Assembly (NCBI GenBank): GCA_016194665.1 | Contig: JACQBD010000095.1 | Coordinates: 4,101-68,100 of the forward strand | Direction: 5' to 3' | DNA length: 64,000 nt | Origin: Gammaproteobacteria bacterium | GTDB lineage: Bacteria > Pseudomonadota > Gammaproteobacteria > Acidiferrobacterales > Sulfurifustaceae | Shown: positions 10,201 through 18,483 of the stretch, piece after piece | Layout: each line of letters starts with the position of its first letter | How positions within the stretch are numbered: the stretch's first letter is position 1 | The notes under the pieces: generated by a model | Databases searched by the model: none | What the model was told of the DNA's origin: nothing | What the model saw: only the letters and a program-made list of their open reading frames with translations | Position numbers and translations under genes: made by a program

Positions 10201-10253
10201 GCAAAATAATTTGCACGTTTTGCACGCGCAATCGTGCTAAATAATGCCAACAT
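7230..10253 (-). CDS. Secreted YncE/YVTN beta-propeller + di-heme cytochrome c (CCP/MauG-like) protein with TSP3 repeats and C-terminal dockerin
   Basis: Signal peptide; YVTN-like repeats ([30 protein letters not shown]); CGSCH and CNNCH heme motifs; [19 protein letters not shown]-like motifs; DxDxDG..DNC repeats; two [13 protein letters not shown] loops. Confidence 0.8.
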   Translation of the reverse strand: MLALFSTIARAKRANYFAYALSFLSLTFFAHLLAVPANAAFTTFESGQVRPLAMSPTGERLYAVNTPDNRLEIFDIKSGGLTRIASVPVGLEPVAVAVRNPGEIWVVNHLSDSISIIDVSLSPPRVVRTLLVGDEPRDIVFAGPGGSRAFITTAHRGQNSPYTDPTNPGQMITAGIGRADVWVFDALNLGSAFGGTPLTILTLFTDTPRALAVSADGATVYAAGFHTGNRTTAIHEGAVCNGGATALPCAPTAGELIAPGGLPAPNVNFAGSSQPETGLIVKFNGVNWVDELNRVWSNMVRFNLPDRDVFAINALSTPPAVINSFSQVGTILYNMAVNPVSGKIYVANTEARNEVRFEGSRNVTNFSTVQGRQHQTRITVIDGGSVLPRHLNKHIDYNIRPALVGVKDKSLALPMGMAVSADGATLYLAAFGSSKIGVFNTTQLENDTFVPNAADHIVVSGGGPSGLVLDEARGKLYALTRFSNSVSVINLATKTELAHYGLHNPEPLTVVNGRRFLYDAFNTSSNGEAACGSCHVFGDLDSLGWDLGNPEDVALSNPNPDGPVGLGGAPFQPLKGPMTTQSLRGLANHGPMHWRGDRTAGHSGGDPLDEAGAFREFNVAFEGLLGRTGPLTAAEMQAFTDFILQVNYPPNPNRPLSNTLTAAQAAGRNFFLTAISTGGFLTCNNCHALNPAAGLFGSSGLMSFEGEAQGFKIPHLRNLYQKVGMFGMPAVNFFQAGDNGPKGDQIRGFGFLHDGSTDQLVRFHRATLFNFPGGDTQRRQVEQFMLAFDSNLAPIVGQQITLTNTNAASVGPRIDLLIARAAAGETDLIVKGNVNGKARGWWRQADGTFKSDKSLEPPLTDTQLRSVSLLATQELTYTAVPSGSGPRAGIDQDEDGVLDADDNCPATPNPTQQDTDGDGVGDACDNCIQSVNPDQRDTNGDGYGNMCDADLNNDGLVNSLDLSLFKSVFFTNNADADLNGDGLVNSLDLSLFKSLFFKAPGPSALAP

Positions 10254-10550
10254 AGTTATCCTCCCAGTTTGGTGCTACATCGCTTGCTTAATTTCTTGCT
10301 CGCAAGACTTGTGTTATTTTTTTATTTAATTTTTTAATCGCCCCGCTTGATTGTTTCTATTTTGCCGCTGGCAGAAAATGTTTACAACGTTTTTAATGAC
10401 TAAACTGCGGCGACGGGATCACCCTGCGGTCTATTCCCTGCTTGTTAACAATTAAAGAGTTAGTGTAAAACCAACATTTCCTTATTTTTTAAGAAGCTAG
10501 ATAACTATTGACCTTTTAGCTCGTGAGGAAATTAGAAAATTTAGAAATGT

Positions 10551-11594
10551 TCAACCCGCCTGATGCGCACGCAAACCTTGGGCGAATTGGAGCAGCTTAA
10601 ACGGCAAAAGAATTTTTACAGCGATTTTAAGCGTGGCGGGCTTGAGCACGCCGTAAGTCCAAACGCTGCGAAACAACATCTTTATGGCGTCTAACTTTTT
10701 GCGTTCGGCTAACGAATACGCCGCGTCGAGACAAAATTCGCCCAGACTTTTTCGCATCCGCACGCGATCGGCGGCCATCAATTCAGGGTCAGCGCGCCAA
10801 ATTTTAGTGGCCGCGCGCACAATATCGACGGCGCCTGCGCCATTCGGACTGTGAGATGACATCTGGGTTTCTGACAAACGATATTCCAGAAGCGAACGAT
10901 TGATGTGGGCAAAAGATCCGCTGCGCGCCATACGCACCATCCATTCCCAATCGCAGGTATAACGCAGCGTCTCGTCGAACATTCCCGCTGTTTCCAGCGC
11001 GCGGCGGCGAAACAAAACTGTAGGCGGATGCACAAAATTACCATGCACCAACTCGCCATAAACTTTTCCGAAATGCACATCCACCGCGATCGATGCTGGT
11101 TGCGTATTTGCAGTAATCTCGATCGTGCGGCGCTGCGGATATAGTGAGTTTAAACCGTCGGCGGCGTCGCTGATCATCGAGTAGTACTTCGCGCCGTGTG
11201 AACTTGTCACTAGGCCCTCTTTACTAAACGCCGCAAAATCGGAAGAACAAAGCACTGCTTCGGAAACGGATTGCATGACTGCCACTTGTAGCGCTATGCG
11301 CTCGGCAGTGCATAAATCGTCGGCATCCATCAGCGCGATGAATTCCCCGCGCGCTAATTGACAGCCGGTATTCCGCGCCTTGGCCAAACCGCTATTGGGT
11401 TGATCGACGACGCGCACACTTTCGCCGTAGCTGCGCAATATTTCGGCGGTTCCATCGGTCGAACCGTCATTGACCACGATGATCTCTATGTTCCGATAAG
11501 TTTGCGCGCGCACGCTGTCCAGCGTTTGCGCCACGGTGCGCGCGGCGTTGAAAGCGGGAATCACCACGCTTACCAGCGGCGATGTGGAATTCAT
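10551..11594 (-). CDS. Family 2 glycosyltransferase
   Basis: VSVVIPAFN, VNDGSTD, NSGLAKARN, DADD motifs; likely start MNSTSP at 11594. Confidence 0.9.
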   Translation of the reverse strand: MNSTSPLVSVVIPAFNAARTVAQTLDSVRAQTYRNIEIIVVNDGSTDGTAEILRSYGESVRVVDQPNSGLAKARNTGCQLARGEFIALMDADDLCTAERIALQVAVMQSVSEAVLCSSDFAAFSKEGLVTSSHGAKYYSMISDAADGLNSLYPQRRTIEITANTQPASIAVDVHFGKVYGELVHGNFVHPPTVLFRRRALETAGMFDETLRYTCDWEWMVRMARSGSFAHINRSLLEYRLSETQMSSHSPNGAGAVDIVRAATKIWRADPELMAADRVRMRKSLGEFCLDAAYSLAERKKLDAIKMLFRSVWTYGVLKPATLKIAVKILLPFKLLQFAQGLRAHQAG

Positions 11595-11783
11595 TGATAT
11601 CTCGTCAATAGGGCACGATGAAGGATGCACTATAGCCGGTCACACTATATATAAGAATAGATAGCCATCGCCATGCAGCGCATCGCGTCTCAGGCCTACC
11701 GGTTGCCGCAAAACCAGAAGCTGCTTTTGCAGGAATGCCAAATACGATACGGTATACTGCGCAGGGCCACTTTTAATTCGACA

Positions 11784-13097
11784 ATGCAAAACATCGACAC
11801 CTTAATAAATGCCCGCTGGGTGATACCCATAGAGCCGGATGGCGTTACGCTGGAACATCACAGCGTGGCGGTTCATGACGGCAAAATTGTCGAGCTCTTG
11901 GCCAGCACCGACGCCGCCAAACGCTACCGCGCCGCCGAAACCATTCATCTTGCACAGCATGCCGTCATTCCCGGTTTGATTAACGCGCACACGCACGTGG
12001 CCATGAGCCTGTTCCGCGGCTTAGCGGATGATTTACTGTTGATGGATTGGTTACAGAAACATATTTGGCCGGCGGAAGCCAAGTGGGTTAATCCCGATTT
12101 CGTGCGCGACGGCACCGAGCTGGCGATGGCCGAGATGTTAAAAAGCGGCGTCAGCTGTTTTAACGACATGTATTTTTTTCCCGATGTCACCGCGCGCGCG
12201 GCGCAGGATGCCGGCATGCGCGCTTGCGTGGGACTGATCATGATCGATTTTCCCAGCGCCTGGGCGCAGAACAACGACGAATATTTTCGCAAAGGACTCA
12301 AGCTGCACGACGAATTGCGCAACAGCGATTTAGTCAGCACCGCGTTTGCGCCGCACGCGCCCTACACCGTCTCCGACGCGCCGCTGGAAAAAATTCGAAC
12401 CTACGCGGATGAACTGGACATTCCAATTCACATGCACGTGCACGAAACCGCGCACGAAGTCGAAGGCAGTCTCAAGCAATATGGCAAACGCCCGCTGGCG
12501 CGCTTGGCCGATCTCGGTTTGCTCACGCCACGTTTGCTAGCGGTGCACATGACGCAACTGCTTGCCGATGAAATCGCCACGCTCGCCAAAGCCGGCGTGA
12601 ACGTCCTGCATTGCCCCTCTTCCAATTTAAAAATCGCCAGCGGTTTTTGTCCGGTGCATACGCTGGCGCAAGCCGGCGTTAACGTCGCCATCGGCACCGA
12701 CGGCGCCGCCAGCAACAACAATCTCGACATGCTGGAAGAAACGCACATCGCCGCTTTGCTCGCCAAAGGCGTGAGCCACGACGCCACGGCGGTGCCGGCG
12801 CGCTTGGCGCTGCGCATGGCCACCTTAAACGGCGCTAAAGCGCTGGGCCTGGATACGCGAGTCGGTTCGCTGACCGCGGGCAAGGCCGCGGATATCACCG
12901 CCATCGATCTATCCGATATTTCCAGTCAACCGGTGTTCGACGCGATCTCGCAAATTATTTATTCGGTGTCGCGCGATCAGGTAAGCGATGTGTGGGTCAA
13001 CGGTAAACGCCTGCTCGCCAGCCGCCGCCTCACGACACTGGATGAATCGGCGCTATGGGCCAAGGCGCAGGAATGGCGCAGCAAGATAAAGACTTAA
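11784..13097 (+). CDS. mtaD: TRZ/ATZ-family amidohydrolase (5-methylthioadenosine/SAH deaminase-like)
   Basis: PGLINAHTH, HMHVHET, GTDGAASNN; usual position before ubiG; likely start MQNID at 11784. Confidence 0.8.
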   Translation: MQNIDTLINARWVIPIEPDGVTLEHHSVAVHDGKIVELLASTDAAKRYRAAETIHLAQHAVIPGLINAHTHVAMSLFRGLADDLLLMDWLQKHIWPAEAKWVNPDFVRDGTELAMAEMLKSGVSCFNDMYFFPDVTARAAQDAGMRACVGLIMIDFPSAWAQNNDEYFRKGLKLHDELRNSDLVSTAFAPHAPYTVSDAPLEKIRTYADELDIPIHMHVHETAHEVEGSLKQYGKRPLARLADLGLLTPRLLAVHMTQLLADEIATLAKAGVNVLHCPSSNLKIASGFCPVHTLAQAGVNVAIGTDGAASNNNLDMLEETHIAALLAKGVSHDATAVPARLALRMATLNGAKALGLDTRVGSLTAGKAADITAIDLSDISSQPVFDAISQIIYSVSRDQVSDVWVNGKRLLASRRLTTLDESALWAKAQEWRSKIKT

Positions 13098-13173
13098 ATA
13101 GAGATTCCATTATCCGAATCCGTCGGCAAATGATTCTGTTAAACTGACGCTGTTTCGCTGGCAAAATATTCCT

Positions 13174-13887
13174 ATGACACAACCCGCCCAAAACGTCGAC
13201 CCGGATGAAATCGCCAAGTTCGAGCAACTGGCGGCGCGCTGGTGGGATGCGCACAGCGAATTCAAACCGCTGCACGATATCAATCCGCTGCGCCTGCATT
13301 ACATCGACCAGCAGGTGTCGCTGAAAGACAAAACCGTGCTCGATGTCGGCTGCGGCGGCGGCATTCTCGCGGAGAGCATGGCAGCGCTGGGCGCGCATGT
13401 AACCGGCATCGACCTCGGAGAAACGCCGTTGGCGGTGGCTAAGTTGCACCTGAAAGAAAGCGGACAGCAAGTGGAATACTTACGCATCAGCACCGAAGAC
13501 TTGGCGCGCGAGCGTCCCGGCCGTTTCGACGTCGTCACCTGCATGGAAATGCTCGAACACGTGCCCGACCCCGCCTCCACCATCGCCGCCTGCGCGCAAT
13601 TGGTCAAACCCGGCGGCCAGGTATTTTTTTCCACGCTCAATCGCAATCCGAAATCGTGGCTGTTGGCCATCGTCGGCGCTGAATACGTGTTGAATCTGCT
13701 GCCGCGCGGCACGCATGAATATCTTAAATTCATCAAACCTTCCGAGCTGGAACGCTGGGCGCGACAAGCCGGTCTACGCACGCGTCATCTTATCGGCATG
13801 CACTACAATCCACTCACGCGCCAATATCGATTGGGGCCCGGCGTCGACGTGAATTACATCGCTTACTGCACTCGGCCGAATGATTAA
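13174..13887 (+). CDS. ubiG: Ubiquinone biosynthesis O-methyltransferase
   Basis: [41 protein letters not shown]. Confidence 0.96.
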   Translation: MTQPAQNVDPDEIAKFEQLAARWWDAHSEFKPLHDINPLRLHYIDQQVSLKDKTVLDVGCGGGILAESMAALGAHVTGIDLGETPLAVAKLHLKESGQQVEYLRISTEDLARERPGRFDVVTCMEMLEHVPDPASTIAACAQLVKPGGQVFFSTLNRNPKSWLLAIVGAEYVLNLLPRGTHEYLKFIKPSELERWARQAGLRTRHLIGMHYNPLTRQYRLGPGVDVNYIAYCTRPND

Positions 13888-13894
13888 TGATTAA

Positions 13895-14037
13895 GGAAGC
13901 TCCGAACAAGTTATTCTCCTTCTCCCTCCGGGAGAAGGCAGGGATGAGGGGATATTAAATTTAAATGCTGTCAATAATAGATCCCCCTCACCCTAACCCT
14001 CTCCCGAAGGGAGAGGGTACTTTCTTGGAAATGTTCC
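13895..14037. mobile_element. MITE-like palindromic element, family A copy 1
   Basis: Paired hairpins CCTTCTCCCTCCGGGAGAAGG / CCCTCTCCCGAAGGGAGAGGG; end GGAAGCTCCGAACAAG after TTAA; inverted relative to copies at 30929 and 40613. Confidence 0.65.
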
Positions 14038-14111
14038 ATGGTGCATCGTGATAGACAAAAATAATCGGTGCACTTGGTTGCCACGGGCTCTCTGCAAAAA
14101 ATTATTCCGTT

Positions 14112-14780
14112 ATGCGCGCTAACATCCGCACGGTGCTGTTCGATCTCGACGGCACCTTGGCGGATACCGCGCCGGATTTAGCGCAGGCATTGAATACGCT
14201 GCTCAAGGAAGAAGGACGCGCGCCGCTCCCTTTTGAAAAGATTCGCCCCGAAGTTTCCCACGGCGCTAGCGCGATGATTAAACTCGGCTTCGGCATTACT
14301 ACACAGGACGCCGATTTCGATCGCCTACGCAAAAGATTTCTCGCGCTCTATTCGCAAGACCTGCACACCCACACGCGGCCTTTCCCCGGCATTGAAACGC
14401 TGCTGCAAGACTTACAGCAACTCGGCATTAATTGGGGCATTGTCACCAACAAACCGGCGTTTCTGACTGAGCCTTTAGTCGCCGGTCTGGATTTGAAGCC
14501 GGCTGCGTCCTGTATTATCAGCGGCGACACCACGGTTAACCGCAAGCCGCATCCGGAACCCATGCTGCTCGCCAGCATTCAAGCCGGCAGCCGGCCGGAG
14601 CAATGCCTGTATGTCGGCGACGCGGAACGCGACATTCAGGCCGGACGCCAAGCAGGCATGCAGACGTTAGTGGCCTTATTCGGGTACATTAGTCAGCGTG
14701 AATCCCCGGATCGTTGGGGCGCGGACGGCATGATCGACGCGCCGCGCGATATTCTCAACTGGCTAAGGCGCGATGGTTAA
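14112..14780 (+). CDS. gph: HAD phosphatase (phosphoglycolate phosphatase / MupP-like)
   Basis: FDLDGTL, VTNK, KPHPEP, VGDAERD; follows ubiG. Confidence 0.8.
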   Translation: MRANIRTVLFDLDGTLADTAPDLAQALNTLLKEEGRAPLPFEKIRPEVSHGASAMIKLGFGITTQDADFDRLRKRFLALYSQDLHTHTRPFPGIETLLQDLQQLGINWGIVTNKPAFLTEPLVAGLDLKPAASCIISGDTTVNRKPHPEPMLLASIQAGSRPEQCLYVGDAERDIQAGRQAGMQTLVALFGYISQRESPDRWGADGMIDAPRDILNWLRRDG

Positions 14781-15987
14781 CACCACCCTACTTATTATTA
14801 TCGTTGGCTTGAGTTTGCTGGCCTTCGGCTTGGGCTGGCTCGCGGCGCAATGGCGCCAGCAAAAAAAAATCACCGAGCTGTCCGTCACCTTGGAATTAGA
14901 ACGCAAGGCCGCGCAGGAAAAACTCGCCGGGTTGGAGCAAACTTTCAGCGCGCTTTCCAGCCGCGCGCTCAAAGAAAATAACCAAACGTTTTTGCAACTG
15001 GCGCAAGAAAGCTTGAAACAATTTCACGTGCAAGCCAAAAACGATTTGGAACTGAAAGAAAAAGCCGTCGAGAACCTGATCAAGCCGGTGCGCGAAGCGC
15101 TGGATAAAACCGAACAACAAATCCGCCTGATGGAACACGAGCGCAAAGAAGCTTACGGCTCGCTCACCAAGCATCTGGAAACCATGAACCAGACGCAACT
15201 GTTGCTGCAAGGCGAGACGCGCAACTTGGTGCAAGCCTTGCGCCGCCCGGAAGTGCGCGGTCAATGGGGCGAGCTTACTTTGAAACGCTTGGCCGAGCTC
15301 GCGGGAATGGTTGAGTATTGCGATTTTTACGAACAGGAAAACACCAACACCGAAGACGGACGTTTGCGTCCCGATATGATCGTGCGCATGCCCGGCGGGC
15401 GCGAGATCGTGGTGGACGTTAAAACCCCGCTGGATGCGTATTTAAGCGCGGTCGAAGCCGGCGACGATGAAACGCGTAATAAACACCTGGAACATCACGC
15501 GCGCAAAGTGCGCGAACGCGTGCGCGAACTGTCGACCAAAGCGTATTGGACGCAATTTAAAAAAGCGCCGGACTTCGTGGTCTTGTTCATCCCCGGCGAT
15601 CAATTCTTAAGCGCGGCGCTGGATCGCGATCGTGGATTACTCGAAGAAGCCTTAAGACAAAAAGTCATTCTCACCACGCCCACCAGTTTCGTCGCGCTGT
15701 TGCGCGCCGTCGCTTACGGCTGGCGCCAAGAAAGCCTGGCGGAAAACGCCGACCGCATCCGTGACGTCGGCGAAGAGCTTTACAATCGGCTCAGCACTTT
15801 CAGCGAACATTTGATGAAAATGGGGCGCAGCCTCAACGGCACCGTGGCCGATTACAACAAGGCCGTGGGTTCCTTCGAGGCCAAATTGCTGCCGGGCGCG
15901 CGTAAATTCGCAGAAATGGGAGTCGGCGGCGATAAAGTGCTGGAGGTACCGGAGCGCATTGAAAAAGCCGTGCGCGACATACAATGA
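14773..15987 (+). CDS. rmuC: DNA recombination protein RmuC
   Basis: N-terminal TM, coiled coil, RGQWGE, RPD..VVDVKTP, FVVLFIPGD. Confidence 0.92.
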   Translation: MVNTTLLIIIVGLSLLAFGLGWLAAQWRQQKKITELSVTLELERKAAQEKLAGLEQTFSALSSRALKENNQTFLQLAQESLKQFHVQAKNDLELKEKAVENLIKPVREALDKTEQQIRLMEHERKEAYGSLTKHLETMNQTQLLLQGETRNLVQALRRPEVRGQWGELTLKRLAELAGMVEYCDFYEQENTNTEDGRLRPDMIVRMPGGREIVVDVKTPLDAYLSAVEAGDDETRNKHLEHHARKVRERVRELSTKAYWTQFKKAPDFVVLFIPGDQFLSAALDRDRGLLEEALRQKVILTTPTSFVALLRAVAYGWRQESLAENADRIRDVGEELYNRLSTFSEHLMKMGRSLNGTVADYNKAVGSFEAKLLPGARKFAEMGVGGDKVLEVPERIEKAVRDIQ

Positions 15988-16073
15988 ATTCACATGCTTT
16001 CACACAACTGTGCCAACAATGCTATATTTTTAAGTACAACATAATTACAACGACGTTAATTATTTAGCCCGGC

Positions 16074-17039
16074 ATGCCAAAACCAACGCCGCCCACTGAC
16101 GCCCTACCATTACTGTTGCTGGTGGAAGATTCCCAGACGACAACGGTATTGTTGTCGAAATATTTGAGCGGCAGTTATCGTTTGCTGCACGCCACCGACG
16201 GCGTGCGTGCTTGGAGCATGCTGCAAGAAAATCCAAACATCGAATTGGTGATCACCGATATTCACATGCCGCACATGACGGGTCATCAGCTGCTCGTTAA
16301 AATTCGCAAAAGCGATGAGGAGCGATATCAAAACTTGCCGGTAATCGTCATGACCACGGCCGAGGATAACGTCGACCGCAATCTGGCGTTTCTCAACGGC
16401 GCCAACGACTTCATCACCAAACCGATCGACGAGATGGAAATGCAAGCGCGCGTAAAAGTACATCACCGCTTGGCGCGCACCATCCGCGAACTGGAAATAA
16501 GCCGCAAAGCCTTAGCCGAACAAGCCACCACCGATCCGCTGACCAAACTTAAAAATCGGCGCGCGTTTTTTGAAAATGGCGCCAAGGCCTTGGCGCAAGC
16601 GCGACGTTACATCTCCGATTTATCGGTGATCTTGCTGGACATCGACTTCTTCAAAAAAATTAACGACAGCTACGGGCACCAAACCGGCGACGAGGTGCTT
16701 ATCCTGGTGTCGCATATTTTATCGAGCATGGCGCGTACCGAAGATACCGTGGCGCGCATCGGCGGCGAAGAATTCGCGCTGCTGCTGCCCGACACCAACC
16801 GTCTCGGCACCGCGGTGCTGGCGGAGCGCATACGCGTGGCGATCGAGCGTGAGAAATTCATCGTCGGCGATAAAGTGGTGCCGGTGACGGTAAGCATCGG
16901 CATCGCTTCTTTCGGCGTCGACCCGGCCGACAGCATCGACCATTTGCTGAGCGTCGCCGACACTCGGCTTTATCTCGCTAAAAATGGCGGACGCAACCGC
17001 ATCTGCGTTAACGACGACGGTAAAGCCACTTTCGCGTAG
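16074..17039 (+). CDS. Response-regulator diguanylate cyclase (REC-GGDEF)
   Basis: REC (VED, ITDIHMP, ITKP), GGEEF active site, RTED I-site. Confidence 0.92.
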   Translation: MPKPTPPTDALPLLLLVEDSQTTTVLLSKYLSGSYRLLHATDGVRAWSMLQENPNIELVITDIHMPHMTGHQLLVKIRKSDEERYQNLPVIVMTTAEDNVDRNLAFLNGANDFITKPIDEMEMQARVKVHHRLARTIRELEISRKALAEQATTDPLTKLKNRRAFFENGAKALAQARRYISDLSVILLDIDFFKKINDSYGHQTGDEVLILVSHILSSMARTEDTVARIGGEEFALLLPDTNRLGTAVLAERIRVAIEREKFIVGDKVVPVTVSIGIASFGVDPADSIDHLLSVADTRLYLAKNGGRNRICVNDDGKATFA

Positions 17040-17063
17040 ATAAAACGCTTTAAACAATACCGC

Positions 17064-17276
17064 CTATTTATGTTTTTCTTTGGTGGGCTTGGTAGCGTCG
17101 TGAATTACTTCTTTCGCTTCTTCGATCACCTTGTCGGTGCTTTGTTTAACGCGTTGAGTTATTTCCGGTTTAGTTTCGAAGGGATTGCTCAACAGCGGTC
17201 TATCCTTGCCGTAGTTGATTCCCAAGGGGAAGGCCAGAATCGCTCCTAACAGTAAACCAAGAATAAGATTTTTCAT
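17064..17276 (-). CDS. Small membrane-anchored hypothetical protein
   Basis: Strong RBS AGGAGG, N-terminal hydrophobic helix, basic tail. Confidence 0.6.
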   Translation of the reverse strand: MKNLILGLLLGAILAFPLGINYGKDRPLLSNPFETKPEITQRVKQSTDKVIEEAKEVIHDATKPTKEKHK

Positions 17277-17409
17277 GTCATCCTCCTGCTCAAAATATTT
17301 GTAATGTCATCTTAGTCATGAATTATAATCCGCGCTACTCGCTATCAGCGCTTGCATTACCATTCCATTTCGGCTGCAAGAAATAATAACTTTTCGCAAG
17401 GACAACAAA

Positions 17410-18165
17410 GTGCCGGCTTATACGCCCTCTTCCAAACTCCTGCTCGCGTCACGGCAGATTCTCGTTACTGGCGCCGGCGATGGCATCGGCCGCGCCGCGG
17501 CTTTGGCGTTCGCCGAACACGGCGCCAGTGTCATCTTGTTGGGACGCACGCAGTCCAAGCTGGAAAAAGTTTACGACGAAATCGAACGCCGCGGCGGACC
17601 GCAAGCGGCGATCCTGCCGCTCGACTTGAGCAAGGCCGGCGTCGCGCATTACGAACAAGTCGCGCACACCATCGAAAAAGAATTCGGTCGCTTGGATGGC
17701 CTGCTGCACAATGCCGCCGACGCCGGCACACTCACGCCTATCGATCTGTACGATACCGAAACTTGGTATCGTGTCATGCAAGTAAATTTGCACGCGCCGT
17801 GGTTATTGACGCGCGCGTGCATGCCATTACTGCGCCGCTCGCCGGATGCTTCCGTCGTCTTCACCAGCGCCGACGTCGGCCGCCACGGCCGCGCCTATTG
17901 GGGCGCTTACGGCGTGTCTTGTTTTGGCGTTGAAGGTTTGATGCAAATCATGGCAGCCGAATTGGCGACCGCGGGAAAGATTCGAATCAACAGCTTAAAT
18001 CCCGGCGCGGTGCGCACCGGCATGCGCACGCGCATGTATCCCGCCGAAGCCGCCGGCGCGCTCCTCAATCCGGAAGAAATTCTGCCAGCCTATCTTTATC
18101 TCCTGGGCCCGGACAGTCACGGCGTGCACGGCCAAGCGCTCAATGCCAAAGATTTTTTGCGCTAG
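17410..18165 (+). CDS. yciK: YciK-family short-chain dehydrogenase
   Basis: TGAGDGIG, LLHNA, AYWGAYGVS, NPGAVRTGMR. Confidence 0.8.
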   Translation: MPAYTPSSKLLLASRQILVTGAGDGIGRAAALAFAEHGASVILLGRTQSKLEKVYDEIERRGGPQAAILPLDLSKAGVAHYEQVAHTIEKEFGRLDGLLHNAADAGTLTPIDLYDTETWYRVMQVNLHAPWLLTRACMPLLRRSPDASVVFTSADVGRHGRAYWGAYGVSCFGVEGLMQIMAAELATAGKIRINSLNPGAVRTGMRTRMYPAEAAGALLNPEEILPAYLYLLGPDSHGVHGQALNAKDFLR

Positions 18166-18176
18166 CGCACAAGATT

Positions 18177-18251
18177 CACCGCAAAGCCGCAAAGAACGCA
18201 AAGAAAGGGTTTTATAGATAAAATCTTTGCGCTTTTTGCGTCTTTGCGATG
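18177..18251. repeat. Palindromic short-tandem element (CGCAAAG)x3 ... (CTTTGCG)x3
   Basis: CACCGCAAAGCCGCAAAGAACGCAAAG pairs with CTTTGCGCTTTTTGCGTCTTTGCGATG. Confidence 0.7.
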
Positions 18252-18324
18252 AGAAATAACGTTAAGGCTGTTTATAAAGTCTTGCAAAGAAGTTTGCTCC
18301 AAACTGGGTCTTTGCTGGCGCGCG

Positions 18325-18341
18325 TGCACCGCGATAGTGCA
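18325..18341. promoter_or_regulatory. NtrC-type enhancer upstream of nirB
   Basis: TGCAC-N7-GTGCA (TGCACCGCGATAGTGCA) about 85 bp upstream of a sigma54 site. Confidence 0.75.
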
Positions 18342-18424
18342 ATTGTTTTTCATCGTCCTTGCCGATTATTTTTCAGTTTACTTTCCATTCAACAAGTTAA
18401 ACCACAAAAATCAAAAAAATTATC

Positions 18425-18441
18425 TTGGCATGCCAGTTGCT
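18425..18441 (+). promoter_or_regulatory. Sigma54 promoter of nirBD
   Basis: TTGGCATGCCAGTTGCT = TGGCA(T)-N5-TTGC. Confidence 0.8.
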
Positions 18442-18483
18442 CTATGCCTAGTTAGGAATTCCGCTGACGATAGAAGACAAACG

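Noticed and set aside
18337-18483. N-terminal extension of nirB in the ORF track
   Set aside because: Overlaps the NtrC box and sigma54 promoter; the recognisable protein starts at MKKEKL (18484)
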